From: Salinispira sp.
Lineage (GTDB): Bacteria > Spirochaetota > Spirochaetia > DSM-27196 > Salinispiraceae
Assembly: GCA_965602015.1 (NCBI GenBank)
Contig: OZ271918.1
Span: forward strand, 1,888,001 to 1,952,000
Length of the DNA: 64,000 bases
Direction: 5' to 3'
Shown here piece after piece: positions 10,832 to 20,926 of this stretch (position 1 is the first letter of the stretch; each line of letters starts with the position of its first letter). Position numbers and translations under genes: made by a program. A model generated the notes under the pieces. The model did not search any database. It had not been told where the DNA came from and was given only the letters and a program-made list of their open reading frames with translations.

Positions 10832-11560
10832 TCAGATTTTTACGTTCTTAGCCTTATAACTATTAAAATGCTTCTGGTATTTCATTTCAAGGCTTTCCAG
10901 GCTAACTTCATCTTCCTTGAGCTTGTCGCCACGCGCCTGCAGGTCTTCGACCTTTTCTTCAAGCCCCCGGATTGTTGCCAGGGTCTCTTCGGTTTCGGCG
11001 ATTACCGACTGGACAAATTTTTTCACATCATCGGCATTGCCCACATCGATGTTTTGAGCCTGATCGAGCAGGTCGGCGGTGGGTTTTTTCACGTGATTGG
11101 TAAAATACAATAGTGACTGATTAAGACTCTCGGTTAATGCGATGCGTTTTTCCCGCTGAAGGATCTGCTGGGTAAGGTCGCGGTTGCGCAAGACAGCCTT
11201 GATTCGCGCGAGTACCTCGGAAAAATTAAAAGGTTTGGTGATGTAATCTTCAACACCAAGCTCGAATCCCTCGATTTTATCCTTCACGTCATCCATGGCG
11301 GAAAACATGACCACTGGAATTGTCGCGTAGTCTGCATACTCAGCGTCGTTCTTGATGATTTTTGTCACTTCCCAGCCGGACAGCCGGGGCATAATGTTGT
11401 CAAGAATGATGAGGTCCGGGTTGCACTCTTTCACTTTTTGAAGAGCCCGTTCGCCGTCCTCCGCCTTCTCAACGCTGAAACCGAGTTTGGAGAGCATGAC
11501 TTCAAAGAAATCGAGGTTTATCTGCTCATCATCAACTATTAAAATTTTCTCTTTTTTCAT
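10832..11560 (-). CDS. Response regulator (receiver plus helical/coiled-coil output)
   Basis: ILIVDDE, LIILDNIMP, DYITKPF receiver motifs. Confidence 0.9.
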   Translation of the reverse strand: MKKEKILIVDDEQINLDFFEVMLSKLGFSVEKAEDGERALQKVKECNPDLIILDNIMPRLSGWEVTKIIKNDAEYADYATIPVVMFSAMDDVKDKIEGFELGVEDYITKPFNFSEVLARIKAVLRNRDLTQQILQREKRIALTESLNQSLLYFTNHVKKPTADLLDQAQNIDVGNADDVKKFVQSVIAETEETLATIRGLEEKVEDLQARGDKLKEDEVSLESLEMKYQKHFNSYKAKNVKI

Positions 11561-11629
11561 GCCTTATACCCCCAGGTGGCGTATGTCTATTTTCACAGGA
11601 ACTGCCTATTCTGTCAATTGACCATTGAT

Positions 11630-13300
11630 TTAGCGGATATCACGCCCAGCGCGCCGCCGGATCAACAGGGTCAGGCTGATGAGAATCGCCAGTATTCCCA
11701 GGATGAGGAAAAGATACGCAAAGGCGTCACCGATAACGGTGTATACCCCGGTGCGCTCGGTGTAGATCGGGACATCGCTGACGATATAGCTCTCGGTGAA
11801 CGGCTCGTTGCTGTCAATTATAACACCATTGGGGTCAATAACCGCGGTCATACCGCCGTTGGTCGACCGGACCATTGTCCGCCGATTTTCAACTGATCTG
11901 AAGACTGCCATCGCAAGATGCTGGGTTGCCGAGGGAACCGATTCGGACCAAGAGTCATTGGTGAGGTTGATGATGACCTCAGCCCCCCGCCTGACGAATC
12001 CCCTGGAGAGATAGCCGAAGGTATCTTCGAAACAGATTGGCGTGGCAAATTTGAGACCGTTGACATCAAAAATTGTCCACTCGTCGCCCTGGTACCAGAA
12101 GCTGGTGTCGTTCTCCACCAAGAGGCGATGAAGCCAGGGGAACTGACGCTCATAGGGGAAGTGTTCGGTGAACGGAACGAGGTGGAGCTTCCGGTATATT
12201 TCCCGGTCCTGCCTGTTGGTATACACATACACGGCGTTATAGTCATGACGCTCGAATTCCCCGTCATCATTGAGCACCAGCTGACCGTCCCCGTTGCCGA
12301 TGATAAAGGGCCGGCTCTGCCCGTCGATGTAATCAAGCAGCTCATCCACCAACTCGTAGCGCTCGGGGTCGGTGCGGTAGCGGCTATGCCAGTCAATAGA
12401 GGGAATAAAACTCGTTTCGGACCACACCACGAATTCCGCATCAGGAGCCTCGTTCAGGGCCAAATCAGTCTGCCGGATGCTCGCGTCCATTGATGCCCGG
12501 TATGCCCGGGTCCCGCCTATCCACGGGTCGACATTTTGCTGTACCAGAATCATTTTTCGCTGGGGTGAGTCGCTGTAGTCAACTTGGGAAAAAAAACCGG
12601 CCAGGGGGGCCACTACTACCAGTGAAACAAGTGCGATGATTTCGGTCCTTCGCCCTGCGGCTAATTCTTTCAGGAAGACGCCGATCCCCTCTTTCCATTG
12701 TGCTGCGGCAGGTTCCAGGCGGGAAGCCAGGAAAATCTGGGGAGCCAACACCACCAGCGAGACCCCCCACACCCCGGTGAACTGTGCGAAGTTGACCAGA
12801 GGAATATTGAGATACTGGGTATACCCGATAATACCGTAGGCATAGCCGAGAAAGCCCTGCGTTCGAAGAAACTCATACGCCAGCCAGATAACCAGCTGCC
12901 CCAGCCATGCCGCCCGTCCCAAAGCCAAAACCGGAAGCTTGAGCAGGGGCAGAAGGATGGTGTAATACGCCGCGTATATGACCGGAACGATAAAAATCGC
13001 CATCGGGTGGAAATTAATCAGCCATACGTTAAATGTCGCATAGGTGGCAAAACCGGTCAGGGGGCCGTAGATAAACAGACGCCACAGCGGCGCCCGGTTA
13101 ACCACCCAGAACAGGGGAAGAAGGGCTGCAAACCCCAAAAACCCGAACCCGTCGTAGTGTATGTCATTCGGAAAAGCCAGATAAAACAAAAGAACTGACA
13201 GCGAAAGGGCCGTCAGTTCTTGTATTATCCGGGCCGGAGATTTCCATCTCCGGGCGCCAGACGTCGCTGTTTCCGTTGCATGTACTGTGGAAGCCTTCAC
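11630..13300 (-). CDS. lnt: Apolipoprotein N-acyltransferase (paralog 2)
   Basis: WSET, YRKLHLVPFTE, PICFED, NLTNDSW, RSVEN motifs. Confidence 0.93.
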   Translation of the reverse strand: MKASTVHATETATSGARRWKSPARIIQELTALSLSVLLFYLAFPNDIHYDGFGFLGFAALLPLFWVVNRAPLWRLFIYGPLTGFATYATFNVWLINFHPMAIFIVPVIYAAYYTILLPLLKLPVLALGRAAWLGQLVIWLAYEFLRTQGFLGYAYGIIGYTQYLNIPLVNFAQFTGVWGVSLVVLAPQIFLASRLEPAAAQWKEGIGVFLKELAAGRRTEIIALVSLVVVAPLAGFFSQVDYSDSPQRKMILVQQNVDPWIGGTRAYRASMDASIRQTDLALNEAPDAEFVVWSETSFIPSIDWHSRYRTDPERYELVDELLDYIDGQSRPFIIGNGDGQLVLNDDGEFERHDYNAVYVYTNRQDREIYRKLHLVPFTEHFPYERQFPWLHRLLVENDTSFWYQGDEWTIFDVNGLKFATPICFEDTFGYLSRGFVRRGAEVIINLTNDSWSESVPSATQHLAMAVFRSVENRRTMVRSTNGGMTAVIDPNGVIIDSNEPFTESYIVSDVPIYTERTGVYTVIGDAFAYLFLILGILAILISLTLLIRRRAGRDIR

Positions 13301-13321
13301 AAAATTACCCCGAAACAGTTC

Positions 13322-13624
13322 CTATTTTCTCAGCGGCCATGCGCTGTCTTTTAACTCTTTACCCGGACGGAAGTTTACCACGCCGTGATCCTCAACCTTC
13401 ACAGTCTGACCGGTTTTCGGATTGCGGGCTTTTTCCCTTCCCTTGCGGGTGCGGATCTCGAAGGTGCCGAAGCCCCGGAGTTCGATAATCCGATCTTCAG
13501 CCAGGGCGTCCTTCACCTGCATCAGCATCAAATCGATGATGTGGTGGACGCTCTTTTTCGGAAGACCTGTCGACTCAGAAATATTGTCGACGATCTCCGC
13601 CTTAGTCATTTTTACTTTGGACAC
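13322..13624 (-). CDS. HU/IHF family DNA-binding protein (Hbb-like)
   Basis: MTKAEIV, IELRGFGTF, ARNPKTG, FRPGKELK; downstream of rpsT. Confidence 0.92.
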   Translation of the reverse strand: MSKVKMTKAEIVDNISESTGLPKKSVHHIIDLMLMQVKDALAEDRIIELRGFGTFEIRTRKGREKARNPKTGQTVKVEDHGVVNFRPGKELKDSAWPLRK

Positions 13625-13756
13625 AAAAACTCCTCATCACCGGTATAAAAAATGGCCCGCTCGAGGATTCCCATTGGCGGGAACCATCTGTCGGGCTAAA
13701 CGGGTGAAGGATAAAAACTCCGCCCCGTCAAAACGCCGGGGCAAAAGCTTTCAGAA

Positions 13757-14020
13757 TTAGTTCATGCTGTTAAGGTGTTTCGCCAGACGTGATTTCTTGC
13801 GGGCTACTGTATTCTTGTGCATGATGCCGCGGCTCACAGCAGTGTCCATCAGCTTTTTGATAGCATTAAATTGCTTGTCCGCACCGTCTTTACTACCGTC
13901 GTTTACCGATACGAGAAACTTCTTGATTGCGCTGCGGATTTCGCTCTTCGCCGTGCGGTTCCGCATGCGACGGCCCACACTCTGGCGGTGACGCTTTTCA
14001 GCTGTTTTTGAATTCGCCAA
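13757..14020 (-). CDS. rpsT: 30S ribosomal protein S20
   Basis: MANSKTAEKRHRQS...HKNTVARKKSRL. Confidence 0.97.
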   Translation of the reverse strand: MANSKTAEKRHRQSVGRRMRNRTAKSEIRSAIKKFLVSVNDGSKDGADKQFNAIKKLMDTAVSRGIMHKNTVARKKSRLAKHLNSMN

Positions 14021-14115
14021 GGATTAACCTCCGATGAGTTTTGCGTTACAATGGGCATCGCTGCCGTGCAACAGGCGCAAAAACTATCAGATAAATCTTT
14101 AGCTGTCAATAGTAT

Positions 14116-14880
14116 ATGCGAGGTCATATGAATGTGCTGATTTTCCTGAGTCTTGTCCTGTTTTATCTCATTGTAATAGATATCCGCCTTGCGGCGATCA
14201 GCATTTTTCTCAAAGACCGACGGAGGGATCTGGCTGTGCAGCGCCAGGGAGTCCTCGGTTCCCGGTGGATCCTGTTTTGGGGAGAGCGGCTTATCGGCCT
14301 CAAGGTGAGAATGGAGACCCCGTCGGAACCCCTGCCCGCCCGGTTCGTGATGCTCGCCAATCACCAAAGCCTGCTGGACATTCTGGTTGCCTTGGCCGGT
14401 TTTCCCGATTCGCCCCTGAGATTCGTGGCAAAGCGCGAGCTGGGGCGCCTGGTTCCCGGTGCGTCCCGGGTCCTGCGCTACGGCCGCCATGCGCTGATAC
14501 ACAGAAAAAGCAACCTCAGGCAGACCGCCGCGGCGCTCAAGCTATTCGCCCGGCGATGCGAACGCCGGCACTGGTGCCCGGTCATTTTTCCCGAAGGAAC
14601 CCGGAGCCTGGACGGAAAGCTCAAGAAATTCCATCCGGGGGCATATCGATTCGTGCAGGAGCCCCTTATGCTGCCGACGGTTGTGCTAGCCATTGACGGC
14701 GGGTGGAAATTCAGCCATTTCAAAGACTTTCTTCGCAAAAAAGCGTATTTTTACCGCATACGGGTCGTATCAGTTTTGCCGCCGCCTGCCAGCCCCAAGG
14801 GCATCGCCGCTGACCTCGAAACCGCCCGCAATCGAATCCAGGATCAGCTGGAAAGCTGGGGCTCTGGACAACCCGCATAG
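14116..14880 (+). CDS. Lysophospholipid acyltransferase (PlsC family; likely start 14128)
   Basis: NHQSLLD, FVAKREL, IFPEGTRS motifs. Confidence 0.9.
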   Translation: MRGHMNVLIFLSLVLFYLIVIDIRLAAISIFLKDRRRDLAVQRQGVLGSRWILFWGERLIGLKVRMETPSEPLPARFVMLANHQSLLDILVALAGFPDSPLRFVAKRELGRLVPGASRVLRYGRHALIHRKSNLRQTAAALKLFARRCERRHWCPVIFPEGTRSLDGKLKKFHPGAYRFVQEPLMLPTVVLAIDGGWKFSHFKDFLRKKAYFYRIRVVSVLPPPASPKGIAADLETARNRIQDQLESWGSGQPA

Positions 14881-14924
14881 CCCAAGCCTTACTGCGCACG
14901 GCACATCATTCCCGGGAGGCACTG

Positions 14925-16670
14925 TTGTTCAAGGAATACCGCACATTAATTCGCCACATGAAACCCTACCGCTGGTGGTACCTGGCCGGCTTCGTCAGCC
15001 TGGTTGCCACCAACGGCTTCCAGCTGCTGATACCTCAGTTCATCCGCCGGGTCATCGACACCTTGACCCTGCCACAGTTCGCGTTGGCTGACGTCGGGAG
15101 GATTGCCCTCTCCATGCTTGCCGCCGCCGCTGTGGTGGGTCTGGGCCGGCTGGGCTGGAGGTTTTTTCTGGGGACCACCTCCCGCAGAATCGAAGCGACT
15201 ATCAGGGAAGATCTGTTCACCCATTTGATGAAGCTCGATACCCGATTCTATCAGGAGAACAGCATCGGCGACCTGATGGCCCGGGCCACCAATGATATGA
15301 GGAGCATCAGGATGGCTTCCAGTATCGCGTTGGTCGCCGCGTTCGACGGTTTGTTTATTACCGTATTTGTGCTTATCATCCTCTTCAGTCAAAATGCCCG
15401 GCTGGCGTCATTGGTCATCATCCCGCTTCCGGCCATTACGGTGCTTTTGATTTACTTCGGAAAATTCATTGGACCACTGTTCAAAAGCGTTCAAGAGGGC
15501 TTTTCCAAACTCAGCGATCACAGCCAGGAAACCTTCGCGGGAATACGGATTATCAAATCCTTTGTCAAGGAAGGCTTTTTTACCCGCCGTTTCGCCGTTC
15601 TAAATGATGAATACCGCTCGAAAAACATGCGGCTCACGGCGATTCACGGCGTACTCTTCCCGGTGGTGATGTTCCTCTCGGGTTTGACAATGATGATCCT
15701 TCTCATGGTGGGCGGGCGGCTGGCCATCCTCGAAGAGCTCACTCCAGGCGAGCTGGTTGCGACCCTGAGCTACCTTCAGATGCTCATTTGGCCGATGCTC
15801 GGCGCGGGCTTCACGGTAAACCTCCTGCAGAGGGGGGCCGCGAGCCTGGGGAGAATCAACCGCATAATGGAATATGACCCCGCAATTCAAAATCCCGAAA
15901 ATGCCTTTAGCGGCCCCCTTAAGGGAGATATACAGCTTGAGCACGTCAGCGTGGAACTGGAGGGAGCCGAAGTCCTGAACGATGTTTCCTTCATCCTGCG
16001 TCGGGGAACCCTGCTGGGAATAACCGGGCCGGTCGGGGCGGGAAAAACTACCCTGTTAAATACCCTTCCGAGAATATGCGATACGAGCTCGGGGATTATC
16101 CGCATCGGGAAGCAGGACATCGGCAGCGTGGATCTGGGTCATTTACGGGCCCAATTCGGGTACGTGCCCCAGAGAAGCTTTTTATTTTCCGCCAGCATCA
16201 GGGACAACATCTCCTTTGGAAATGAAACCCTCGCCAAGGAAGATCTCGACCGGCTTATTCACGCTGCCAGCCTGGATCAGGATTACAAGCTGTTTCCCAT
16301 GGGCTGGGATACCGTCGTCGGCGAGCGGGGAATCACCATCTCCGGCGGACAGAAGCAGCGGGTGAGCATCGCCCGGGCCCTGGCGGTGGAGCCCCCGATT
16401 CTGCTCTTGGACGATCCTCTCAGCGCCGTCGATGCGGATACCGAAGAGCGGATTCTCAGTGAAATTCTCAAGAACATCGAAGGCCGCACCGCGGTAATTG
16501 TGAGCCACAGAATATCAACGTTGAAACACTGCGACGAAATTCTGGTTCTGGAGGGCGGAGCAATCACTCAGAGGGGCAGTCACGATGAGTTAAAGGAAGG
16601 CGGGGGCTACTACCGGACCATTTTCGATATCCAGCAGGTGGAAGCGGCGACCTTGGGAGGCGTACAGTGA
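14925..16670 (+). CDS. ABC exporter, fused permease-ATPase (heterodimer subunit 1)
   Basis: TM domain; GPVGAGKT, ISGGQKQR, degenerate Walker B LLLDD. Confidence 0.92.
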   Translation: MFKEYRTLIRHMKPYRWWYLAGFVSLVATNGFQLLIPQFIRRVIDTLTLPQFALADVGRIALSMLAAAAVVGLGRLGWRFFLGTTSRRIEATIREDLFTHLMKLDTRFYQENSIGDLMARATNDMRSIRMASSIALVAAFDGLFITVFVLIILFSQNARLASLVIIPLPAITVLLIYFGKFIGPLFKSVQEGFSKLSDHSQETFAGIRIIKSFVKEGFFTRRFAVLNDEYRSKNMRLTAIHGVLFPVVMFLSGLTMMILLMVGGRLAILEELTPGELVATLSYLQMLIWPMLGAGFTVNLLQRGAASLGRINRIMEYDPAIQNPENAFSGPLKGDIQLEHVSVELEGAEVLNDVSFILRRGTLLGITGPVGAGKTTLLNTLPRICDTSSGIIRIGKQDIGSVDLGHLRAQFGYVPQRSFLFSASIRDNISFGNETLAKEDLDRLIHAASLDQDYKLFPMGWDTVVGERGITISGGQKQRVSIARALAVEPPILLLDDPLSAVDADTEERILSEILKNIEGRTAVIVSHRISTLKHCDEILVLEGGAITQRGSHDELKEGGGYYRTIFDIQQVEAATLGGVQ

Positions 16671-18745
16671 TACACAGCGAAGAGGCGGAAATCCGCGGAT
16701 ATGACCCGGCGACGGTAAGACGCATTTTGAACTACATGAAGCCCTACTGGCTTCTTGTGGGATTAAGCATGCTTTTTATCCTCCTTTCCACCGGCGGTCA
16801 GCTCCTGCTTCCGGTGATTATTCAGCGCACTGTCGATGAGCACCTGAGGCCCGCCTGGCTCAGCGCCCCGGCATCGGATTTACCCGAGATTCTCGAGTTT
16901 GACCCGCGGATAGAACAGGAGTATCGGCGTCTGGGAGAACGGGTGTTCATCCCGGAAAACAGCGGCGGCCCCTGGTTCCGCTCGCGATATGAAAACATTG
17001 AACTGCACTTTCTCATAGACCTGGACGAAACGGAAATGAGCCAGGCACAGCTTGTCCGGCTGGCCGAAACAGAGGGTGTGACCATAATGAGCGGCAGCGT
17101 CGCGCTGTCCGAGCTTTCATATGCCGGGCTGGACAGCGAGCTCAAAAATCTTCTTCGGAGCGCTGATATCGATGGGGTGGGACAAAAGGCCATGCAGTAC
17201 CTGGGAGTCCTGGTGGTTGTTCTGGCAGCAAGCTTTTTGCAGATTTTCCTCATGGCGCTGGCAGGTCAAAACGTGATGAAGGACCTTCGAATGGACCTCT
17301 ATTCCCGCACGGTCAACCAGAATCTGCGATTCCTCCAGGACCAGCAGGTCGGTAAGCTGGTGACCCGGGTTTCCAGCGACGTGGAAACCATCAACGAGCT
17401 GTTTACCAATGTGCTCAGCGCCATCATTTCAGATGTGGTCATGATGATCGGGGTGGTCATCACCCTTTTTCTCCTCAATCCCCGATTAGCATTCTATTCC
17501 CTGGTAATCCTGCCGCCGGTTATCATTCTCATGCTGATTTTCCGGGTGAAGGCCCGGGATGCCTACCGGAAAGTGAGGAGCTGGGTGTCTTCGGTGAACG
17601 CATACATCTCCGAGCACCTTGCCGGCGTTTCCCTGGTGCAGGCCTTTGTTCAGGAAAAGCGGGTGAACAGCGAGTTCCGGTATAGGAACACCAAGCTGTA
17701 CAAGGCCAATGTGGGCGAGCTGTATGTGTTCACGGTTTTTCGGCCCCTGGTCGACTTATTGGCCATAGCTTCCGTCGCCATGATTATCTACTTCGGAGCT
17801 TCATCCCTCATCAGGGGTCTGGTGAGCCTCGGGGTTCTGATTGCCTTTATCAATCTTATTCAGCGCTTTTACCAGCCCGTGCAGGATATGGCGGAGAAAT
17901 TCACCCTCATTCAATCCGCAATGGCCGGAAGCGAACGGGTTTTCGCCCTATTGGATGAAGACCACCAGGAAGACAGGGAGGGCAAGAGTGAACCAGTCGC
18001 TTCCCAGGTCCGAGGCGATTTGCGTTTTGACAATGTGCGCTTTGCCTACAAGCAGGGCGAAGACGTTCTCAGGGATATCAGTTTTTCCTGCACCGCCGGA
18101 GAGCGCATTGCCCTCGTGGGCTATACAGGCTCGGGCAAAACCACAATCGCCAATGTATTGTCCCGCCTGTGGGAATACGATTCCGGCCGGATCAGCCTGG
18201 AAGGCACCGATATCCGGGATATACCTCTGGACAGCCTGCGGCAGATTATCCAGCCGATTCAGCAGGATGTTGCCCTTTTTCATATGAACGTCAGGGACAA
18301 CCTGCTTCTGGGCAACGAGCTGAACGACGAAGAAATATACGCGGTCCTCGACGAGGTCCAGGCGGGAGACTTTATCAGGCGATTGCCGAAGGGCCTGGAA
18401 ACCATAGTTGCGGAAAACTCCGGGAATTTCTCCGCAGGTCAGCTCCAGCTCCTGTCATTTGCCCGGCTATTAATCCAGAACCCGAGGATAATCATTATGG
18501 ACGAGGCCACGGCGAACATCGATACCGACACCGAGCAAAAAATCCAGGCGGCGATGCAGCGTATTATGGAGGGCAGAACTTCAATCGTTATCGCCCACCG
18601 GCTGTCGACAATCAAGGATGCCGACAGGATTCTGGTGCTCAATCGGGGAAAGGTTGTGGAGTCGGGAAACCACGAAGAACTCCTGGAGAAACGAGGGCTG
18701 TATCATGCCCTGCAGGAAATACAGTTTAACCGTATGGGAGCCTAG
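16667..18745 (+). CDS. ABC exporter, fused permease-ATPase (heterodimer subunit 2)
   Basis: GYTGSGKT, FSAGQLQL, IIMDEAT, IAHRLST; 4-bp overlap with partner. Confidence 0.92.
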   Translation: MIHSEEAEIRGYDPATVRRILNYMKPYWLLVGLSMLFILLSTGGQLLLPVIIQRTVDEHLRPAWLSAPASDLPEILEFDPRIEQEYRRLGERVFIPENSGGPWFRSRYENIELHFLIDLDETEMSQAQLVRLAETEGVTIMSGSVALSELSYAGLDSELKNLLRSADIDGVGQKAMQYLGVLVVVLAASFLQIFLMALAGQNVMKDLRMDLYSRTVNQNLRFLQDQQVGKLVTRVSSDVETINELFTNVLSAIISDVVMMIGVVITLFLLNPRLAFYSLVILPPVIILMLIFRVKARDAYRKVRSWVSSVNAYISEHLAGVSLVQAFVQEKRVNSEFRYRNTKLYKANVGELYVFTVFRPLVDLLAIASVAMIIYFGASSLIRGLVSLGVLIAFINLIQRFYQPVQDMAEKFTLIQSAMAGSERVFALLDEDHQEDREGKSEPVASQVRGDLRFDNVRFAYKQGEDVLRDISFSCTAGERIALVGYTGSGKTTIANVLSRLWEYDSGRISLEGTDIRDIPLDSLRQIIQPIQQDVALFHMNVRDNLLLGNELNDEEIYAVLDEVQAGDFIRRLPKGLETIVAENSGNFSAGQLQLLSFARLLIQNPRIIIMDEATANIDTDTEQKIQAAMQRIMEGRTSIVIAHRLSTIKDADRILVLNRGKVVESGNHEELLEKRGLYHALQEIQFNRMGA

Positions 18746-19656
18746 CTCTCGACCCGAAGGGGTACGGGCTCCCAGACGTTTTTTTCTCTCAGGAATCTCA
18801 GAGACTCCGAGGAGAACTCCCGCCGAATACCGTCCCGGTCGCTGGCGTAGACTTTTTTATTGAGTATGTTAACCTCGAAAATTCGAAGGCGCGAATCGCC
18901 TTCATTGATCCATTGGCCTTCCCGGGGCAAACCCCGCTGCTCGTTCTGGTAGGTCTCGTATTCGAATGCCAGGCAGCACAGCAAACGACCGCAGGGGCCG
19001 GAGATTTTTTGGGAATTAAGGCTGAGCTTTTGAACCTTCGCCATTTTAATGGAAACCGGTTCAAGATTATGGCTCACAGCGGAACAGCATAATGATCGGC
19101 CGCACACTCCCCGGCCTCCTATCATCCGCGATTCGTCGCGCACCCCGATCTGTCGAAGCTCAATTCTGGCCCTGAAATGGCTGACCAGATCTCGAACGAG
19201 ACCGCGGAAATCCACCCGTTTTTCGCTGGTGAAGAAAAAGACGATGCGGCTTTCTCGGAGAACGAAGTGCACCTTGACCAGCTTCATGTTCAGCCCGTGC
19301 TGTTCGATTAGCTCCCGCGAAATAGTCAGGGCTTCGTTCGCCTTTTCCCGGTTTACCCGGTACTCTTCAAGATCCTGGGGCGCAGCCTTGCCCTCGGGCA
19401 CCACGAGGGAAACATCATCGCTGTTGTTATCCTTGGACGGCAAAAGGCATCCGAGGCAATCACCGCTGGTTCCCGTCAGCCTGGCAAGATCCAGTCCGAA
19501 CTTTGTCGGAACTATTACATGATCACCGATGTCGAGTCCGAGATCGGCATTTATTTCTCCGAAAAGAATTTCCTTGGTATCGAGAACGGAAAAAACCCAA
19601 TACTCCCCGGTGTTTTGATTGGCAGCGGCCGTACAGGCCGGTGAATTTTGCGACAT
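18742..19656 (-). CDS. PSP1-domain protein (RicT/YaaT family)
   Basis: RVDFRGLVRDL, RIELRQIGVRDE, CGRSLCC, ISGPCGRLLCCL. Confidence 0.92.
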   Translation of the reverse strand: MSQNSPACTAAANQNTGEYWVFSVLDTKEILFGEINADLGLDIGDHVIVPTKFGLDLARLTGTSGDCLGCLLPSKDNNSDDVSLVVPEGKAAPQDLEEYRVNREKANEALTISRELIEQHGLNMKLVKVHFVLRESRIVFFFTSEKRVDFRGLVRDLVSHFRARIELRQIGVRDESRMIGGRGVCGRSLCCSAVSHNLEPVSIKMAKVQKLSLNSQKISGPCGRLLCCLAFEYETYQNEQRGLPREGQWINEGDSRLRIFEVNILNKKVYASDRDGIRREFSSESLRFLREKNVWEPVPLRVES

Positions 19657-19765
19657 ATATGTTCTCCCGAATGGGCTTATCTTTTTATTACTCTCATACT
19701 ACCCCATCGGGAGGAAAAATTAAAGGTATTTTGATTACTATTATTTTTGGACTTTTATTACTATA

Positions 19766-20911
19766 TTACTCAGGAATTACCTCTGTCAGCACAGCGCCGA
19801 TGTACCGAAGGGGAATCTCCCAGAGCAGGATTGATACGCCGAACTCAGTCAGGGACTGTCCCTCAAGGGCTTCGAGCATCGGTTCCAGGGGCCCCCTGCC
19901 TTCCCGGGCCAAAGCAACAACATCGGCTTCCAGGGCTCCCCGCAAAAAGCCTTCAAATCCCCAGGCCTCCCCTGCGCTGTAGCTGGTTCCCACGAGAGCC
20001 ACGGGAACCCGCGGCGTATCGAACAAGCCGAATTGCGGCGATTCCACCGTGTAATGCTCCCACTGACTAATGCGGTCCTCCCTGGGTAAGGACCGGGAAA
20101 AAACTCCGATCTTCGGCGAGCTGTCCGGCAGAAACTCGAACAGGTCGCCCCGGTAATAACCAGTGCTTATCCTTCGGGATGCGAATTGTCCCCGGGGAAT
20201 ACCGTCCAACAGCCTGCTATAGTCCAGGTGCCGGCGTATTTCTTCCGCCGCAATTCGGGCGCCCTCAGGGGTCCAGTGAGTGTCGGTCCGCAAATACAGA
20301 GCATGCCGGGAGCGCTCCCGAAGGTATACCGTCCTGAGATCCAGCGCATGAATCCCCGATTGCTTCATATGGTTGAGAAAATTTTCATAGGCGGACTGTA
20401 GCTGCGAATCTATGGGCACGGAGAGTTGGGCATTGTAGATGGTGTTTTTTGCGGGAACCGGAACGATTACCAGCTCAATATCACGTTCTGCCAGCCGCCG
20501 CTGAATTTCGGGGATGGAACGAAGCAGTTCCCCGGCGCCCTCCGGCGCCTGGCGCCATTCCTCGGCAGTGTACAGCCATCCTCCCTCGCCAATAAGCACT
20601 CCATCGGCGCCCTCACCGGTGATCAAAAACCGGGATGCATTCCACAGCGATATTAGTCCCTTCCTCAGAGGCAGAGCCGCTTCAAATTCCTGCTCAAAAC
20701 GAAGAGCCCACCCCCCACTGACAAACTGGTCAAATGACCGGGGTCGGGGAAGGTGCATGGTGAACAGGGAAAAGCCGCCGGCAAAGAGAATAATCACCGA
20801 AAAAAGAAGAATGTAGAGCCCGGTTAAATGGCGCTTGGTCCTAGATGTCCTGCGCATGCTATTATCACCATGACCGGCATGTAAAACCTGTTTTTTAACT
20901 CTATTATCCAC
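19766..20911 (-). CDS. AlgJ/AlgX-like SGNH O-acetyltransferase
   Basis: LIGEGGWLY, RTDTHWTPEGA, GDL, LVGTSYS motifs. Confidence 0.88.
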   Translation of the reverse strand: MDNRVKKQVLHAGHGDNSMRRTSRTKRHLTGLYILLFSVIILFAGGFSLFTMHLPRPRSFDQFVSGGWALRFEQEFEAALPLRKGLISLWNASRFLITGEGADGVLIGEGGWLYTAEEWRQAPEGAGELLRSIPEIQRRLAERDIELVIVPVPAKNTIYNAQLSVPIDSQLQSAYENFLNHMKQSGIHALDLRTVYLRERSRHALYLRTDTHWTPEGARIAAEEIRRHLDYSRLLDGIPRGQFASRRISTGYYRGDLFEFLPDSSPKIGVFSRSLPREDRISQWEHYTVESPQFGLFDTPRVPVALVGTSYSAGEAWGFEGFLRGALEADVVALAREGRGPLEPMLEALEGQSLTEFGVSILLWEIPLRYIGAVLTEVIPE

Positions 20912-20926
20912 GGACCTATCTCCCGA

